Source: an uncultured virus (IMG/VR IMGVR_UViG_3300028833_006000)
Lineage: Duplodnaviria; Heunggongvirae; Uroviricota; Caudoviricetes
Length of the DNA: 20,000 nucleotides
Strand: one strand, 5' to 3'
Virus record (IMG/VR): IMGVR_UViG_3300028833_006000
In this document: in pieces, positions 15,287 to 20,000 of the stretch
How the letters are laid out: every line of letters begins with the position of its first letter
Numbering within the stretch: position 1 is the stretch's first letter
The notes under the pieces: model-generated
Seen by the model: only the letters and a program-made list of their open reading frames with translations
The model's database searches: none
What the model was told of the DNA's origin: nothing
Program-made: the position numbers and the translations under genes

Positions 15287-16891
15287 TTAAATGCCGCCAG
15301 GATCCACATCACCCTCTGCCGGAGGCAAACCGGGTTCTTCGATTCCGAGATCCATATTGAGCATACGGCGCTCCTTTGAAATGTTGATGTCCGTACGCAC
15401 GAACTCCACGTTCATATCTTCATCGTACAGGCCAGCGCAGTCCTTCAATTTGCCTCGGATCGTGGTCTCCATATCCATCTTCGTAATAAACTTTTCCACC
15501 ACGAGTTCTTCGCCTGACAACAATCTGCGACACTCGTCCGGCGTGAAGGTGTGCGAGCCATAAACCCTGTGGAAACTGATACCATTTATGACATTCTTGG
15601 ACTCCAATCCTGAATAATACCAGTTACCGATAACAATCTCTTCGTCCTCATCATCATTATCAAATTTCATTTCGGGATGCTTCATCCTGACAGCAATAGT
15701 CGCCTCAAGGTATTTCCTCTCCCACTGCTGTATCTCATCTTCGTCAGGGAACGAATCCACGAATAGCTCCGGATGAAATTCCCTCAGAGAATACAATGTA
15801 TCGTTCTCATTCCTCTGGAACTTGCCATAATAAGGATTTCCCTTTGCGCCTTCCCAATCATTGATGGCGTAGCACTCAGGATACCACTGCAGCTCACCGC
15901 TTCTGCTCGCCAAGATAAAACCTGTCTCAGGATTAGCATTATAGATATCATCTGTCAATGCTCCGACACGATACTCATTGTGCCCGAGAATCTTATGGAT
16001 TTTTTCAAATGTTGCTTGATCTTCTGCATTTGCAAGCGCAAGGATGATTGCCTGGTCAGCCAAAGACTCAATCGTCTTGGCGTCCGATGACTCCAAATCC
16101 TCGTCCATGAACGGAATATCGTCTTCAGGCAGATAATTGCGCAATGACTGATAAATGCTTTTATTGATGCTGATCTGATCTTCAACAGAAATGGAATCAT
16201 ACGCATCAGCCTTTATTGCCACGAAAATGTCCGCCGTATCCGACATATATCTGTAATCTTCGGCACTCAGATTATATTCCTTAATCTGCCTTGCGATTTC
16301 CAGATTATCCTTATACCACTTGGATTTCTGCATATCCTCGGAATTAACTACAAATACACGAAATCCGCTGTTTGACAAACCATGTGCTACTGAATAATCA
16401 TCTTGCTTAATTTTCCAATAACGGTCTGCTTTGTGGCGGTCCATAAAGCAAGAATGATAGCACCTTTCGATAAGGCTCACGCCCTTTTCCGGGTTCATGA
16501 TATGCTCTGCTACAAGATATCTGACATCCTTATCGTCAATCTCTGATACATAATACGTCTGTCTGATTGGTTCCCTTCCACGCACCTCATAATAATACCT
16601 GCGTTTCTTGGTATTCACGCCGAACAGAATAACAGGCAGTGGGTTCATATTGAGATCCGAAGGCACACGTAGCCTGTACTTGCCATCTTTCTGCAGTAAA
16701 GCATAAATCGAACCCTGTGTGTACTGTGTATCGATAAGATGTTCAATGGCAGCGAAAATATCATATGCAATCAATGCTTCAGGCTTATCGATTACATATG
16801 ACTGGTGTTCCTTCATCTGGCGCATATCAATTTGAACTTCGCCATCCGGAGAAGTTTTTACGAATTTCGATAAAACATAATTGCGTACCAT
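15287..16891 (-). CDS. Large hypothetical protein with a C-terminal topoisomerase-C-terminal-repeat-like segment
   Basis: SD AGAGGA; 534 aa; ISFHRVYGSHTFTPDECRRLLSGEELVVEKFITK...IRGKL near the C-terminus. Confidence 0.8.
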   Translation of the reverse strand: MVRNYVLSKFVKTSPDGEVQIDMRQMKEHQSYVIDKPEALIAYDIFAAIEHLIDTQYTQGSIYALLQKDGKYRLRVPSDLNMNPLPVILFGVNTKKRRYYYEVRGREPIRQTYYVSEIDDKDVRYLVAEHIMNPEKGVSLIERCYHSCFMDRHKADRYWKIKQDDYSVAHGLSNSGFRVFVVNSEDMQKSKWYKDNLEIARQIKEYNLSAEDYRYMSDTADIFVAIKADAYDSISVEDQISINKSIYQSLRNYLPEDDIPFMDEDLESSDAKTIESLADQAIILALANAEDQATFEKIHKILGHNEYRVGALTDDIYNANPETGFILASRSGELQWYPECYAINDWEGAKGNPYYGKFQRNENDTLYSLREFHPELFVDSFPDEDEIQQWERKYLEATIAVRMKHPEMKFDNDDEDEEIVIGNWYYSGLESKNVINGISFHRVYGSHTFTPDECRRLLSGEELVVEKFITKMDMETTIRGKLKDCAGLYDEDMNVEFVRTDINISKERRMLNMDLGIEEPGLPPAEGDVDPGGI

Positions 16892-16918
16892 GTGTGTCCT
16901 CTGCGTGCTCCTGTTTCG

Positions 16919-17488
16919 TCAATTCCCTGCGTAATATTCAGGCCAATACTCGGCATTTTCCTGCTTCGAGTATTCATAATGATTGATCGATTTCGGAAAT
17001 ACATTCTTATTCGGCATAATAATTGCTCTTTTATAAAGCCATGCCTGGTGAACAGCCTCATCAAGGCATGTCTGTAATCTCGGCATGATCTTTGCGTCAT
17101 TAGGGAACTCTACGCTGAAAACATTCATACCATTTTTCCCTAAATCACTCAAAGTGGTATGCCCGACATAACTGGCCTCGTACCCTGCTCTTTCCATAAT
17201 CGCTGTCGGAGCAATAACTTCAACAACAGTCTGATTACTGAAAGACGCATGAAAGCGTTCGCCTGCATCATCAAGCAACTGCTTAAAGGCTCCGGTCTTA
17301 TAACCGTCTGTTGCAGCTCTATGGCTTACACCTGCAGGATCTACAAAATCTATCACATATGGATACGTACCTTGCTTCACAAGCCCAGGATCATCTGATA
17401 TCCAACCAGTCATATCTATCGTCACTTTAGTAATTTTGGCATCTTCCCGATCCCTGACTGTTTTCTTTGCTGAATCATAATAAATCAT
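16919..17488 (-). CDS. Hypothetical protein
   Basis: Start revised from GTG 17497 to ATG 17488 (SD GAAAGGTGA). Confidence 0.8.
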   Translation of the reverse strand: MIYYDSAKKTVRDREDAKITKVTIDMTGWISDDPGLVKQGTYPYVIDFVDPAGVSHRAATDGYKTGAFKQLLDDAGERFHASFSNQTVVEVIAPTAIMERAGYEASYVGHTTLSDLGKNGMNVFSVEFPNDAKIMPRLQTCLDEAVHQAWLYKRAIIMPNKNVFPKSINHYEYSKQENAEYWPEYYAGN

Positions 17489-17629
17489 ATCGATCACCTT
17501 TCCCGTATGAGAATTTTATCAAGTACGTTGCGGCAATAAATGCTCCAACATGGCTAATATAAGGCCGCGCCATAGGCGCCGACCTAAACAAACCAGAATA
17601 ACCATGATAAAACAAATAACATTGCAAAA

Positions 17630-17669
17630 TAACCCTATATATTATAATATATAGGGTTAATCGAGTCAA
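17630..17669 (-). promoter_or_regulatory. Consensus promoter overlapped by a 30-bp perfect palindrome (putative operator)
   Basis: TTGACT (17669-17664), 17 nt, TATAAT (17646-17641); palindrome TAACCCTATATATTATAATATATAGGGTTA at 17630-17659. Confidence 0.75.
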
Positions 17670-18394
17670 CAATCGACGTGAATAAATAAGCTTTGAAAAA
17701 TAAGTCTGAGTACCTTAATGCCGTCTCGAATCGTGGATAATTTCGAATAACTGCCTTCCGGGCGATCCCTGTACGGAACAGGCATTGTGCCGATATGTAG
17801 CCCCTTCTTCAGTGCCAAAATTGTCATTTCGGTTTCCACTTCGAAGCCGTCTTTTGTCAAACCGATATTCTTCACGAATTTGCGGTCAAACGCCCGATAG
17901 CCTGTCATGACATCTGTGATGTTCGTGGGCTTCTCTTGGATCACATCTATCGCACGTCCACGAAAAAGATGATTCACCAGCCACTTAACTGTACTGTTAC
18001 CGATACCGTGAAACCTGCGGGTGTTATCCTCATAATAATTCACCGATAGTCGGTCTCCGATGACCATATTGCAAGCCATATTATCCAAATAATAAAGCAT
18101 CTGTTGCGCCAGTTCCGGCGGATAAGTATCATCAGCATCGACCATCAGATACTTATCAGCGTCGATCTCTTCGAACATCTGCTTAACGACAGCGCCCTTA
18201 CCCTGTATTGGGCACTCTCTCACAATGGCTCCGCATTTCCTCGCAATCTCTGCTGACAAGTCCGTTGAATTATTATCATACACATAAATATCTGCCTGGG
18301 GAACGGCATTTCTAAAATCATCAATCACCTTACCTATCGTAAGTTCCTCATTATAACAGGGAATGAGGATTGCCACTGTCTTACCATCACTCAT
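17666..18394 (-). CDS. Family 2 glycosyltransferase (polyprenol-phosphate glycosyltransferase, DPM1/GtrB-like)
   Basis: ILIPCYNEE, VYDNNSTD, QGKG, MVDADDTY (DxD), DVMTGYRAF, FEVETEMT, YRDRPEGSYSKL. Start revised to ATG 18394 (SD GAAAGG), overlapping the end of the upstream gene. Confidence 0.92.
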   Translation of the reverse strand: MSDGKTVAILIPCYNEELTIGKVIDDFRNAVPQADIYVYDNNSTDLSAEIARKCGAIVRECPIQGKGAVVKQMFEEIDADKYLMVDADDTYPPELAQQMLYYLDNMACNMVIGDRLSVNYYEDNTRRFHGIGNSTVKWLVNHLFRGRAIDVIQEKPTNITDVMTGYRAFDRKFVKNIGLTKDGFEVETEMTILALKKGLHIGTMPVPYRDRPEGSYSKLSTIRDGIKVLRLIFQSLFIHVDC

Positions 18395-20000
18395 GCAAAT
18401 CTGCCTTTCTGTACAGAATATGATAATCATCGCTGACGGATTCAATCATTTCGTAATCGTCCCTCTGAAGCATATATGCTGCCAAAAATGTCTCTGCCAT
18501 AGGACTGACGATCACATAGTCAAAATCATAACTATCAAACCATGTTGTCAGCTCCTCAGCAGATACAGGCTGACCGGTCTTGATCGACGACTTCGACGTA
18601 GGCGACACGAGATGAACATCATACCCATAAACACAATATTTACTGTAATCTATCAAAATATCTTTATCGCCGGTAAATGCTGACATATACAATTCCGGAC
18701 GAGCATCGATATAAAGATTCTTAAAGCCCATATATTCAAAATAGGCTCCATCGTTAAAACCTGTGAAGATATGCATATCCTCGTTATAATCCTGCTTGAT
18801 CACTTCGACTATAGCAGGTAGATTTGTCTCCGTGCCGTTCTTTCCAGCAAATACATCCTCACAGGATGACAGAAAGTTGGTCACGAATATCAAGTCTGCA
18901 AACAACATCACAGGCACGATATATACCTTCAAATCCTTTTTCCAGTCAATCGAAATAGTCTTTTTGCCCAATGCTGCGAGAATATCCCTTGCCGTAAATG
19001 CCATTACAAAGATGCAACAGGTATTGTTGCGAATGGCCATCATCATCATAAAGCAAAATCCTACGACCATATTTATTGTAGTAGACCTGAGACAACCCAG
19101 TTTCCATGCTGCCAAGAACAGTGCGATGCACAGGAAAATGGTTGCGCCCTGTGGTGAAATAAATGTGGTCGGATTGACTTCCAAAACAGGAACATAATCA
19201 AACGTATGCGATCTGAACGAATTGATCAGATACATCGCTCCACCAACGCCGTAAGGATTGATGAACAATGTTCCAAGCATTGCTATCATAGCTACTATCA
19301 ATTCGATGATTGTCTTAAAATGCTTCTTTGGATGAATGAGCAACGAATCATCTTCAATCGTCTTATCGAATGGCTTAAAATAAAACGCCGGTACGGCATA
19401 AGCCAGAATTATTGCAAAATGTATGATCCACATCGAAAGATGAAGCTGCATCTCCAGGCACATCGCAATCGGCAATCCTATAAGCCATGCACCCTTAAAT
19501 GTCTGCCTGAACTTCTCCATACAAATACATGATGCAAGGATCAGAATCATTGTCACAAGCTGCGGCCTTGTTGAAAACAGATAGTCCTGGGCTGGCATAC
19601 TGAGCATGACAAGCGCAAGTAGTGACAATTTCTTCGGTACGCCTCTGAGCGAGAAGAAATACAGCCACAAACACGTAAAAATTACAAACTGCAATGCAAT
19701 GAACGCAGAAAAACCTGCATACCCGGCTTTATCCACAAGCGCCAAAATAACAGCATACAGCCATTGCTGTACCACAATACCCTGCTCCGGATCTATCGTC
19801 CATATATTCGTATGGGGAATACCGTTCTCCAGAATCTCACGGCCCGTGGCAATGATAAAATACATATCCGAATCATAAACGGAACAGACAATTCGTTCCA
19901 GAAGATAAAACAATGGAATCAGCAAGAACAATACATAAAACAGCTTCTCACTAATAGGTTTCTCGCCAAAAGATTTGATTTTTGTAATTGTAGAACTCAT
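18387..20000 (-). CDS. Polytopic membrane protein, probable GT-C-fold glycosyltransferase
   Basis: About 10-12 TM segments; acidic DSD motif after TM1 followed by ATGREIL; RPQL, INPYG and IDARPELY motifs; coupled to a GT2 gene. The start lies at the window edge. Confidence 0.7.
   Translation of the reverse strand: MSSTITKIKSFGEKPISEKLFYVLFLLIPLFYLLERIVCSVYDSDMYFIIATGREILENGIPHTNIWTIDPEQGIVVQQWLYAVILALVDKAGYAGFSAFIALQFVIFTCLWLYFFSLRGVPKKLSLLALVMLSMPAQDYLFSTRPQLVTMILILASCICMEKFRQTFKGAWLIGLPIAMCLEMQLHLSMWIIHFAIILAYAVPAFYFKPFDKTIEDDSLLIHPKKHFKTIIELIVAMIAMLGTLFINPYGVGGAMYLINSFRSHTFDYVPVLEVNPTTFISPQGATIFLCIALFLAAWKLGCLRSTTINMVVGFCFMMMMAIRNNTCCIFVMAFTARDILAALGKKTISIDWKKDLKVYIVPVMLFADLIFVTNFLSSCEDVFAGKNGTETNLPAIVEVIKQDYNEDMHIFTGFNDGAYFEYMGFKNLYIDARPELYMSAFTGDKDILIDYSKYCVYGYDVHLVSPTSKSSIKTGQPVSAEELTTWFDSYDFDYVIVSPMAETFLAAYMLQRDDYEMIESVSDDYHILYRKADLHE

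Noticed and set aside
177..19878. Numerous overlapping or antisense ORFs in the track (e.g. 1683..2183, 3539..4018, 7113..7715, 8318..8839, 10880..11407, 18796..19197)
   Set aside because: They are shadows of better-supported genes that have SDs and recognisable motifs; no independent support.

Overview
This gene-dense window has no core housekeeping operon, rRNA, tRNA, CRISPR array or transposase that I can recognise. Strong Firmicutes-type SD sites (GAAAGGAG/AGGAGG), sigma-A-like promoters with extended -10 boxes and many orphan ORFs suggest a large accessory replicon (megaplasmid, giant extrachromosomal element or jumbo phage) of a Clostridia-like host; this is an inference. A + strand block (1-5727) holds short acidic hypothetical proteins, a membrane-anchored biotinyl-domain protein and two tandem PAPS-reductase-family (PP-loop) genes. 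It meets a - strand block (5844-20000) at a bidirectional terminator. The - block encodes an RNase HI with two hybrid-binding domains, a protein with an SSB-like tail, an HExxH metalloprotease, a secreted transglutaminase-like/Fn3 protein, a protein with a topoisomerase C-terminal-repeat-like domain, and a GT2 plus GT-C-like glycosylation pair. The most notable unexplained signals are: (1) a shared R-x-[LV]-P-x-[VI] plus acidic C-terminal tag on three unrelated proteins; (2) a ~240-nt multi-stem RNA whose closing stem joins a distant SD to the start codon of the second PAPS-reductase gene; (3) a ~68-nt promoter-to-terminator sRNA with an anti-SD sequence; (4) minigenes with strong SDs, including an 18-aa hydrophobic peptide; (5) a 30-bp perfect palindrome on a consensus promoter.
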